Assembly (NCBI RefSeq): GCF_006345805.1
Contig: NC_043002.1
Coordinates: 73,842,001 to 73,906,000 of the forward strand
DNA length: 64,000 nt
Direction: 5' to 3'
Source: Octopus sinensis
Lineage: Eukaryota
The notes beneath the pieces are model-generated. The model was not told the origin of the DNA and did no database searches. It saw nothing but the letters and a program-made list of their open reading frames with translations. Shown here in pieces: positions 52,898 through 64,000 of this stretch (positions within the stretch are counted from its first letter, which is position 1; every line of letters begins with the position of its first letter). The position numbers were made by a program, and so were the translations under genes.

Positions 52898-55800
52898 CTA
52901 GAAATAAATGAATCATGCCTGGATATGATAATCATGCAGCATTCAACACAAAATGTTTAAATAAATACCAAACAATAAATTAAAAAAAAAGACATCACAT
53001 GAACAGCAAATACAATAGCAATGCAACATTTCAAAAGAAATAAAAATGAATAACTTATAAAAGGCACAAATACTTATGTGAATTGCACAATTAACTAAAT
53101 TTTATAAAGAACTATAAGCCAAAACATAACTGAACTGGAGAGTAATAAATATCAAACCACATGAAAGAAATCTTTAAACTGGTCTTAACTTAAAAGTAAA
53201 ATCTGAAGAAGTTAGAAAATACTTGCTATTTTTAACTATTTATTTGATTCATGCTTTTTGGCAATTTATAATAATTTCTCAGTTGCTGAAGTTACTTTTC
53301 TATGGACAAAATTAATTATTATACTTGAGTGGTATTTATTTCATCACCTTGGAGAAGTCAAATGCAAAGTAGACATCAAATATAATAGTGTATTTGATAC
53401 AACATACACTGTTTCATACTTGCTTTAAACTGAATAGTGTTTATCATCAGTATGTCATATATTTAACCAACTTAATGCAGTCTAGATTTAAAAAAAAAAA
53501 AATTTGTATTTTATCTACATGTCTACAAATACTAACATTTTAAGTAGGAATTTTATGACTGTTTCAGTAACAAAGTGGCTCTATTCAGACACCACATTAT
53601 GAAGAGTAACTATATGCTTAAGTCAATCAATATACTCTATTTGAAACTGACAAAGTTTAAGGTAAAAAGATTAGCACTAAGGAAAGGACAACAAATGAGA
53701 ATGACTAGAGATATGGGATTTTCTAATCCACTCCAACTATGCCAATTTAGAAAAAGAAACAAAACTTAGAAAACTCTATTTTTAAAATTTATTTTTCAGC
53801 TACTTTCTAATGAAAAATTTTCAATGAACCTTGAAATATAATGGAAATACATATGAAAAGCTTAGAAACAGTCTTGTAGAACACTTGATATTCTGTGAGT
53901 TCCCTTTCATATTATCAATCAAGTTTTGAAATGCAAGACAAAATATAAATTATTCAAAGAATAGCATGACAGCTTACAATATATTAATTTTCAGCATAAT
54001 CAACAGTCTTGCTGCTCAATCTAATTAAAATATAAAATTAGATATTAAAATTTACTTATAATTTTCAACAAATTTTCTTTTACTCTTCATCAAAAAAGAT
54101 ATCCATCCACTTCAATATAGTTTTTCTGTTGTAACTATCTTGTTTTCTTTTTTTTTATTACTATGAAACCAATGCTTTTCATTTTACTTACTAAGAATAT
54201 AAGAAATATGATTCAGTTTTCTTTAGCTATTTCAATAAATTGTTGTTTCTGGAAACTACTATGAGCATCATAAAAAATAATATCATTGTTAGTGATGAAA
54301 AAAATTTTTTTTTTATTTTAGGATTTCAAAAGTGAACATGGAGTTAATTTAAGTTATTCATTCTAATAAACAGAGTGATTTTAGTAAACCCCACACTGCA
54401 GAAATATAATCAATATAAATACACCAGCCAATATTTCTAATGAGTGGTTTAGAGTACATTATAATTACTTCCCTCAAAGATGTCATTACAGATGTTAGTA
54501 CTGAAGTATTCTAAAACAATCAGCAGATCATACCACATAGACCTAGAAAAACTGATAGGATTAAAAGACTAATAGCATAATACTAAAAGCCATAATAATA
54601 AAGCAATTGTACATTAATTTCCTAACAACTAGTCATAATGTAAAGTGAAAGGGCAGCCCACAAAATGTACAGTGTTCAATTATAATGTAAAATTATTGAG
54701 GTAAAAACATGCAAACCATTTATTAAAATGCTTCATGCAAGAGTTTACATAATGTATAAAGAGCCATTTCAACAGACAACAAGGATTACAACATAATCAA
54801 CAGTATAAAATACAGAGTAGTTTGTAAAAATGCAAAGATTTAAATTAAATACAAAATTTACTGTAAAGAGACCCATGCACTGTGACAAAGAAACAATGAA
54901 TTGCATCAATAATCTTAAACAGAGAATTGGACATAATTATCAAGCAAAAGTAATTAAAAAGTGACAAGAAAGGAAACTATTTATAAACGATGCATTAGTT
55001 CTTTCTATACACACATATATATATTAGCATTCAAAATTAGAATAATTCAACAACTATTTTGAACCATTATTTTTTTTATAATAAAAATAAGTCTTCTTTA
55101 GTAGTTTCTCATTTCAAGTTTCAATTTAACTAGTCCACTAGTATAGTACTAAAGTTAACATTTATAATTCACGGGTTATTGCTAAATTACACAGAGTTTA
55201 ATAATTTGTTTTGTCTGCCAGTTATTTTGGTAGGTATGGAATAAATATATAATAAATATTCTTCATGACAAAAAAAAAAGCAAATAATAGAAATAAATAG
55301 AAAATGGCTTAATGAAAGACAACTGAGTTAAAACCAAACCTGAATGATAAGTTTGAAAAGTTAATGTAATATTTTCATACATATTAATTTAAAGCTAACA
55401 TTAATGTAATGATTTATTTTGTCTTCCTTTCAGAACCAGAAATATTTGAAACAGGAATACATAGGAAGAAACAGATTGAAAGAAATAGAAAGAAACAGAT
55501 CAATTGATCTATCAACAGACGAAGTGTTTAATTTTCCGATAACTATTTTAACAAAGTGAACGTTACAACCAAAATGAATTCTTCACACAAAAAAATTCCA
55601 CAAGACAGAAATGAGCTGGTCTCTTTAATTTGAGAAAATTTCAAATATATCTCCTTAAACTGGAATCAAAGTTAAATATTAAATTTAATACATACCAAAT
55701 AAAAATAAGTTCATATAAATCAGATTTCCTTATGTCAATGTTACCTATGATAGTTATTTATGAAGAATTAAAAGTCAAAAATCTATGTACTTCAAAAATA

Positions 55801-56288
55801 GCATGCTCTTCAATCATATTTTTTTCCCCAATAATCCAAAATTTTCAAGATGTAAAGCTTAAGTAAAAATAAATCTTCTATAAAAAAAAATTATAAATTA
55901 ATGGATTCAACATGCTTCTTTTATAAATTCAGGATAATTATAATGAAAATAAATTCAGGTAGTTTATTGTAATCCAAGGGAAATAGTAGTGTCAGCTATA
56001 TGCATGGAAATAAATAATTTAAAAACTAAAGAAAACATTTGAGGTTTCTTTTAAAAATATCAAATGCTCTTTATAAATCTCACTCAAATGTCTCCCAAAG
56101 TTTTCCTTTTTATTTTGTTTAAAAGCATACTTTACTTGTAGGTTGATACCATTGAGTTTAAAAAAAAAAAATTTTTATTCTAAATCAAAATATCAAAATA
56201 TCTGAACATTTTTCACCATTCATATTTTAATTAATTTTGAAAAACTGAAAAATAGAATTTTAACTTCATAAGCAGTTAGTTTTCTTAC

Positions 56289-56372
56289 CTTTTGGTGTCT
56301 GATAGGTTTTACCATCATTTCTAGTGTACTGGTTTTCTAAAAGACCATCTTTCTCATTTTCCATCTCATAGA
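56289..56372 (-). CDS. APBA1: X11/Mint exon, 84 nt, phase 1-1 (YEMENEKDGLLENQYTRNDGKTYQTPK)
   Basis: Acceptor tcttcttgtag, donor AAG|GTAAGA; 2+81+1 nt open frame, compatible with both neighbours. Confidence 0.8.
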
Positions 56373-57224
56373 CTACAAGAAGATATATAGTTAATGTGAT
56401 TAAATACAATAGAATATATGTACCCTAATGTAAAACAGTAGTTTTCAAAGAATTAGATAGCATCAGTTAGAGAATAAAAATTAATTTTTTTTTATGGCTG
56501 AGTTAAGGGAAGAGCAGAACCTATGTCTTTTGAGATTAATGGCACAAAAAAGTGGAAGAAATTGCAAATTACGTTATTCTTAGGCCACCCTATTGGGTGG
56601 CCCGCCACTCAGTGTGTTAAATAGCTTATTTTATAGATATTATTTTCATAGGTAGAGCTGAAATAAATACATTGAATTAAACAAAAACTTATAAATTCCG
56701 TTTATTTTAAGTATCATCAAGCAATTTTAGTAACTTTAAAAAAAAAGCAGTTTTAGTATCCTGAAAACATCCAGTTTAAGTTAGTGTTATGTATTGCTCA
56801 ATGGGGATAAGTAAATAGACTTCCTTTTTTTTTTTTTTTTTTTGTAACCTTCATTTTGTAAATGGACTTTTGATGTTTCTACAGCTCTCTACAACATGAA
56901 GAGCTTATTAATTAACATTAACAATAATCATTACTAATATAATCGCAAAGTCTGGAATTTGGGGGAGTTAGTCAACTGCATCAACCCCAGTACTTCATTT
57001 TATCAACACTGGAAGAATAAAAGCAGAAGTTGAACTCAGAATGTAAAGAACCATAACCAAATGAGCATGATTCTACCAAATGACTGCATTAAGTCCGATT
57101 TTAAATAATAACATATTGTTTAACGTATTTCCACTTAAAGTTCCAGGACCTTATATAAAATAACAAAATTGAAATAAAGCAGAAAATTCACTTGCTATAT
57201 ATATATATAACAAGAAAGAAAGAG

Positions 57225-57313
57225 AGCAGTGATTAGGAATAAATGAATTTAGTCAAAATATGTCACAAGCATATTTTAAAGAACCTAGAGTTTGTTTATT
57301 CCTAATCACTGCT
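57225..57313. repeat. Perfect 19-bp inverted repeat with an inner 8-bp stem (probable MITE)
   Basis: AGCAGTGATTAGGAATAAA / TTTATTCCTAATCACTGCT; inner AAAATATG / CATATTTT; a partial arm recurs near 35145. Confidence 0.75.
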
Positions 57314-57828
57314 TGGTGCTGTTATTTTTATCCTGTCCAAAAGGTCCACTAGCACAACCCATTCACTGTAGTCAAATCTACAGCTTTGAATCTGCTCATG
57401 GTTATTTCTCTTTGGCATTTCCCATTGAAGGAGGCTAAAAAGCCATAAATGTGCTGCTGAGAATCCACTAGAGGGAAGCAATGGATAGGTATGGTGTTTT
57501 TATACCTTTTACCAGAAGAGATAACTTTTTCTCTATGGAATTTGCTTTTGGAAGTTAAAGTGTCATAAACATATTTTAACTAACCTAATATGCTAAAGGA
57601 GAGAGATACCAAAAATTATACTCTAATATATGCTATCTTTTACTAGTTTCAGTAAGACTGTGGCTATGCTGAGGCACCAACTTGAAGAATTTTCAATGAA
57701 TCAATCCCAGTACTTTTTTTATTTAAAGCCTGGTATTTATTCTATTGGTCTCTTTCACCAAACTGCTAAGTTACAGGGACATAAACACTGACAAATATAT
57801 ACACACACATATATATATATATATATAT

Positions 57829-57985
57829 GCGATAGGTTTCTTTCAGTTTCCATCTACCAAATCCACTCACAAGGCTTTGATCAGCTGAAAACTATAATAG
57901 AAAACACTCGCTCAAGGTGCCATGCCATGGGACTAAACCTGGAACCATGTGGTTGGGAAGTGAACTTCTTACCAAACAACCACCT
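57829..57985 (-). mobile_element. tRNA-derived SINE head
   Basis: Reverse complement of the head at 23760; further copies at ~35850-35965 and 18787-18930. Confidence 0.7.
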
Positions 57986-59276
57986 ATTAATTAATACTGA
58001 ATGATATGTAATACAGCTTATTATAAAGACTATTTAATACACATTGTATCACAAGTGGTTGGCATTGAGTTTCAGATACATCAATTATGCCAAAATAAAG
58101 TTGGAGTTGAACTCTGAAGGTCATTTAGATATTGGGAGGAGGAATGAGTATGACAGAAGACTGTAACATCTATAAATAACGGAAATACAGAGATGTATCA
58201 ATGGTTAATGTAGAAAAGATTTTAATCAGAAGAAAGGTACAGTAATTAGAGCAATACACAATGGTATAATTCACAAGCAGAATTTTAAACACTAACTTCA
58301 TAACATGATGAGATAAAGCTGATATCCTGGATGTAGAAATTGCTCATCTATTTACTTTACATCTGTTTTTCCATACTAGCATGTGTTAGATGAACATATG
58401 TTGAGGCATTATTTCATTGATGGATGCCCTTCCTGCCACTAATTCTTACTTATTTTTTTAAGTAAGGGAGCTGTCATTCTACTAGTCTTCGAAAGTGCAG
58501 AGTTACCAGATGATTTATTGACAAAGAAATGACAGACACCAGTGGCTGTAGTTCAGGGATTTTTCATGCAATCACAGAAAGTAAGCATTCACACTCAGAC
58601 ACACATGATGGACTTTCTATCTCTCAAACTCACTAATAAGGCATTAATCAGCTTAGGACATGTGGTTTTGCAAAGCAAACTTTTTAACCACACAACCATG
58701 CCTGCACGTAAATGTTTTTTTGTTTTTTGTTCCCCCATCTAAAATATTAGTTTTTATAATTTAATATTTCCAGGTGTAACAGCATTCAGTACATAAGCTT
58801 TATCAGTTGAAATGAAAATATTTACCTGATAACAAATATATTAAATTTACAATATCTCTTATAAATGCCATCAAAAGAACCAATTTCCTTATTCCTACTT
58901 GTGTACAATATTTGATTCAATTACCATTACAGCTGACAGGACACTTTGCTCTGAAATTCTTTGCATTACACACATGTATATCTGCATGTGTGCACAGACA
59001 TACTGATACACTCTTAAAATGTTCCAGTGTAAACACTTCAACACTTCAGAGTATTTGTTGTTGACTTTCTAAAATAAGTGTTGCCTAATTGGTAAGGTAT
59101 CAGTTTTAGGAATAATGAAACTATGTGGGCTAGACTTTCTCTTTGGTCAATAATGCTCTTCCTGCTCATGAAACAAAAATATAATTTTTGTAAAAACATT
59201 CCACTATCTTCCACAATCACCCTTACTTGGATGCATTAAAACAGTGTTATATTGTCTAAAAGAGAAAACATTTTAA

Positions 59277-59477
59277 CCCTTTAATATTTAGATTACTCTG
59301 TCAAATGTGATACTTATTCACATTGTTTTGAATTAATCTTACATTATCTCATAGCTTCATGATTTCAATGATAGGATTGTTTATTTTTAGAATGATATTG
59401 TAGAGTAGGTGTGTAAGAGGCCAGACCTGGCTGGTTTGAGCATAAAACAGGTAGAATATTTGGGTCTGATATGGCCA
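59277..59477. mobile_element. Truncated piggyBac-like MITE
   Basis: Starts TTAA-CCCTTT like the element at 5266; no right TIR found. Confidence 0.45.
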
Positions 59478-60192
59478 ACAAGAAGTAAGCCGTAAAAATT
59501 CCCCTACAATTAGTATGATAAGCTGAAATTTCTAAGATCAGCAGCAACTTCTATTATATTCTTTTCCAAACTATTTCTCTTTAATTTTCTAAGACCTCCA
59601 ATATCAGAACATCAAACTACAGAAACTGAGAAAAAAACTGGTTTTGCAAATATCAAGGAAAACAAGGTTCCAGCACAGGTTAAAGAATAGACAAAATAAA
59701 AAAAACTAATTATTAAATTAAGAACTGGAACATTTAAACCAAGAACACAAAAAAAAAAACAAATTAACAACAGTGCCATTAGTGAAGAACAACATACTTT
59801 TAAATATAAAAACATTAACAGAAACAAACAATTGTAATTGTTTGTATATTTCTCTAGAGAAGATAAAAATATACAAAATTAAGCCATACATATTACAGAG
59901 AAAGAAATTTAGAAGAGATAAAATTAAATATTAAAATTAAATTAAGTTAACTAATGAGTAATTAATTACAACAGCTCATAATTCATTAATCAATATTCTT
60001 CTTTAAATCCCTGAACCTCTAAATGATGTCAGAAAAAATTTAAGATCTTATAGAATATAGCATGGATAAACAAATTAATTTAGTACTAAATTATAAAATG
60101 GGAACCATATCCATAGGCTACTGAAATAGACTAATACATGAACTTTACCCTAATGGAGAGTCTAATATATAATGTGCAGAGAATTGGATGTA

Positions 60193-60338
60193 AAATGTTC
60201 TCTAACTTGGGTAATGCTCACTATAACATGCAAAACGTTCTTTTGCTCTGTTAGTGTTTACTGTCACATGTGAAATGTTCTCTTGCTAGAATAATGTTCA
60301 CTGTCACATATGTGATCTCTTATTATGGTAATGCTCAT
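60193..60338. repeat. Degenerate 40-bp minisatellite, ~3.6 copies
   Basis: Unit approx aaatgttctcttgct.g..taatg.tcactgtcacatgtg. Confidence 0.7.
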
Positions 60339-62276
60339 AGGGGCCGTACAGCCATGCAGTACTACACCTCTTACACTTGCTTGACAATTATCATTAACGG
60401 AGTTACTATCCAATATAGTACATCATTATAAAAATATCAATGCTTTAAAAAAGTAATTATGAAAATACTAAGGAAGTGAAAGCTGCATGAAATTCAAAAT
60501 ATTGCTTTTACTGACATTGCTACATCATTCAAATACGATTGTCAACATGATGATCCACTTAAAAGACACTGAATATATTTATTTGTACTTATAAGCAGTT
60601 TTCTTTTATTTATGTTCATTTACTTGTTTTTTACATATGTAATTTGAAACAAGCTACTCTTAACCTATCTTGCGCCACGTCATCAGATAATGACAATGCA
60701 AAAGATTTATTCAAATTTTGAATGAATTAATAATATCAATTATTAATTAATAACATTACTTAAATGACCTAACTTAGGCCAATTTGGTAAAATAAAGAGT
60801 ATGGCCATTCGAATCCACATCAAAACGTTACTGATACTTATTTTACTGACAAAGAAATAAAAGATGTTAACTCTAGTGGGGTTTGAAATCAAATCCAAAA
60901 TGAATGCAGCTAAATACAACAACTGCTTTTGGTTATTTCTACTATTTGCCAACTTGTTATTGTACCATTCCATTAATTGAGAATTTAAAAACATATACAC
61001 ACAGTAATACTTGTACAATACTTATCAACAGGAAGCAAATAAACAACCTGTACGTTTTTTTCACTCAATATTCTCAATTTTGACACTTGTTATTTGTAAC
61101 CATGCACCAAAGCATTGTCATTTGCAAGAACCCATGTAAAATATACATGTATTTTGTTTTACATATAGCAACTAGATTATTAAAATTTTCTGTTACTATT
61201 GATTTAGTTAGTAAGTGCATGGTGAAAAGCAATTTGTTGTATAAATATATTGGCTCTACAACTAAATATATTGATATTTAATTTAAACTATCAAAGATTT
61301 TGGAGTAGAAATTGCTTTCCTATGAAGATGAATGGATGAAGAGAAATATGTTCAGATTAAAAATAGATTCTCCATTTATATAGAAATTTTTTTTAAATGT
61401 TTAATGTAAAAACAATATGATAAATATGAAAGATCAGTTCTAAAAGTTAATTGATAGTAAATATCTTTATGAAATAGCAGTAGTAAAAATGTCTTCATGC
61501 TCCATAAACCTAAAGTGTAGGAAATCTTGGTTTGAGCATGAGTTTGTTATATGAAAAAAAAAAACTTCAAATCTGTATAGTTGCTTAATATAAAAATTAA
61601 AAAGGTATGTAACTAAGGGTTCTATAACCAATTTCCTAGTCTAATTTTAGTTTCTGGAAACTAATACTTTCACTTTTTTGTTAAATCTTGAGAAATATGC
61701 AGTCAGCATAATCATATCTACATCAAATTTGGTGTTATCAACAAAAGGATAGGGTATTTTAAAAACAATGAAATCAAAATAGTTCAAAAATTAATTTTGC
61801 CCCTAATGTTAACTGAAAAGAAAGCAAACAGGAAATCAAAACTTCATAGCTACACACAAGAAAGTAAATTAGTAATATCTAATAATAGATATTATGATTA
61901 GAACGTATGTCCTACAAATAATATCTATTATTATTATCATTGTTATGATGATGATGATGACACTGGTTAGAAAGAAATTGTCAGATTGATTGCAACTGAT
62001 TAAATGTTTAGTAATCTAAAAATAAAATTAGCTGAGAAATATGAAGCTAAAAATGCAACTTGTATATACAAGGATTAATATGAGTAAGCAAGAAGTTAAT
62101 CCACTGAAAAAACAGTTAAAAAAAGGAGGGAGAAGAAAAGAAAGAAAAAAAAGTAAAAGAAATACATATGAGTCTTTGATGGGTCTGTTAAAAAGTAAGA
62201 TTAGGATAGTTGCTGAGAAATCTCTCTTGCAAACTCATTCAAGTTTCAAATATTAACAGCAAGTGAATACAGCTAC

Positions 62277-62399
62277 CTTTAGCTTCTGACTGTGGTGGAG
62301 ATGTGACTTTCGATTCAGATTTGGGTGAACTGTTATTGCCTTCAGCTTCTCCATCAGCTGAGGTGGATACAGGTAATGGTTCTGAGTCATCAGCATCCT
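62277..62399 (-). CDS. APBA1: X11/Mint N-terminal exon, 123 nt, phase 1-1 (DADDSEPLPVSTSADGEAEGNNSSPKSESKVTSPPQSEAK)
   Basis: Acceptor cttattcctctactatttccag, donor AAG|GTAGCT; open Ser/acid-rich frame; phase matches the next exon. Confidence 0.75.
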
Positions 62400-64000
62400 C
62401 TGGAAATAGTAGAGGAATAAGAAGCAGGTGAAAGCTTCTTCCAGTCAAAGTCAGCAAAAGTGACCCAGCTGAATATACTTTGACCATAGCCATGACTACA
62501 AAAAAGCAATTCTAACATGTCATGCAGCTAGCAGCAAACACAGGAGCAATGCTGCCATTTTATCTGCCCTGAGAAACTGACCACAATATCACTGATAAAA
62601 GCCAAGCAGAAGAAAGCGACTCACTGCCATGCACAGAACTGGCACCAATATGGAGAGATTTTTTTCAGTATATCAACCAATGAAATACTCTTCCAAAACA
62701 AATGAATTTACTGCTTCGATAAAAAGAAAATGACAAAAATGATTAATTTAAAAGCCAAAATCATTTCCACATATGGCAGCATAAATTACAGACAAATACA
62801 ATTTTCATGCAACGTACTTTAACTCTTTCAGAGAAACCATACAGAATTCAAAGTCAGTGCATATGAAATTTAATGAAAAAAAAAAAAAAAACGAAGATAT
62901 GTCACTTACAAAAATGTTAAACAAAGATACCAGAACAAATATATCAAACCTCCTCAAAATAACACTCTTATAAAATAATTATAAATAGTTTTACTTTTGA
63001 CTTTAGAAAAAAAAAATTAGGGGAAATAATATAGATGTAATAAATGTGCTACATTACACTGATAACTTTATTTTAACAACTGCATAATAGTATTTCTTTT
63101 TTCAATATGAATTCAGAGAAAGGGAAATTTCAGTAAAAGACAGTTAAGTTATCATTTAAGATGCCTGACTAGACTACTGAGCAAAAGGGGTCATCACTTG
63201 AATTGGGAGACTAGTGATGACTTGCATCAACAAGAATTGGATTGGGATTAAAAACTGAAAAAGTATATGTTGTCAATAAGATGCCATCATTTTGGGCAAT
63301 ACTCTGATGAAAGGCATTACTGAAATAATATTAGTCTCTACTTCATTTCAGAGCATAACTACACTTCATCAGTTTTTAATACTAAACTAGAAATTCTAAG
63401 ATTAACGTCTTTCAGAAATAAAGACACTATAGATAGATACTGTACTTAAAATTTATTATGCTAGTTGTATGGGTAAGCTGGACTACAAATACAAATGCTA
63501 AAAACTGGCCATTAGCACTGCGCTATATCCTTAGGCAAGAAGCATTACTTGTCTTAGCTGAAAATAGATTTCATTTGCCATTTAGAATTAAATAGTACTA
63601 AGTACTAAGCATATGTTGCAAATGCAAATATCTAAATTTGTAAACATCTAACCATTTTTTCAAAAATGATTTTGTAGTGCATATTTCATACTGCCAATTG
63701 TTAACGTTTGCTATGAAAAAACAACTACTCTGAATAAAATCAAAGCTCTCTTCCAGCCATATTTAATACTGACGCAACAATTAAAAACATTTCTTTTAAA
63801 GAAACATGCAGAATACATCAATACTAACAATTGCACATTTAAACATACAACAAATATACAATGAATGTAAATCACAAAATATATAACCAACCCTGGATAA
63901 AATAATAAAGGTTTTAGAGGAAAAAGATTGAAATTAATTTCATTCTGTATCATTTCGAAAAAGACATATTGCATATGAAAAAAAAGGTATAAATTAATTG

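Larger units (their letters stand above)
6194..62399 (-). other. APBA1: Partial gene span: X11/Mint/LIN-10 (APBA-family, PTB + 2xPDZ) adaptor; extends beyond both window ends
   Basis: Ten GT-AG exons with compatible phases join into one stop-free frame ending ...DTDEETDKLL...AEKRRSRAKEV...[18 protein letters not shown]...[10 protein letters not shown]. Symbol denotes the family (invertebrate co-ortholog of APBA1/2/3, fly X11L, worm lin-10). Confidence 0.9.

Noticed and set aside
52476-52916. 146-aa ORF as a stand-alone gene
   Set aside because: Splice sites bound an internal exon 52538-52897; the ORF ends are intronic.
59596-59627. Candidate 21/30-nt minus-strand exon
   Set aside because: In-frame TGA in the required phase 1 and a weak donor.

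Overview
AT-rich, repeat-dense animal genomic DNA; the SINE/RTE/MITE repertoire suggests a cephalopod (octopus-like) source, which is inference. The whole window lies inside one large minus-strand gene, an X11/Mint/LIN-10 (APBA family) adaptor, identified from a PTB-domain exon ([41 protein letters not shown], 22035-22186). Reading GT-AG sites and codon phases by hand gives ten exons that join into one open frame. These include 18-nt, 31-nt and 6-nt microexons and a 45-nt cassette; the 6-nt and 45-nt exons fall inside the PTB domain. The gene start and the rest of the PTB plus the PDZ domains lie outside the window. Introns hold a full-length decayed IR/DR-type Tc1 (DD34E), a Chapaev3-like element with a nested SINE tail, a young 5'-truncated RTE LINE plus older RTE and CR1-like fragments, several MITEs, many SINEs and microsatellites. 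The most interesting signal is the splicing architecture: microexons in a PTB loop, four consecutive symmetric phase-1 exons, three exons with in-frame alternative acceptors, and orphan strong acceptors. Several intronic fold-back structures could be RNA-editing substrates. All exon calls come from sequence inspection only; repeat boundaries without TIRs are approximate.
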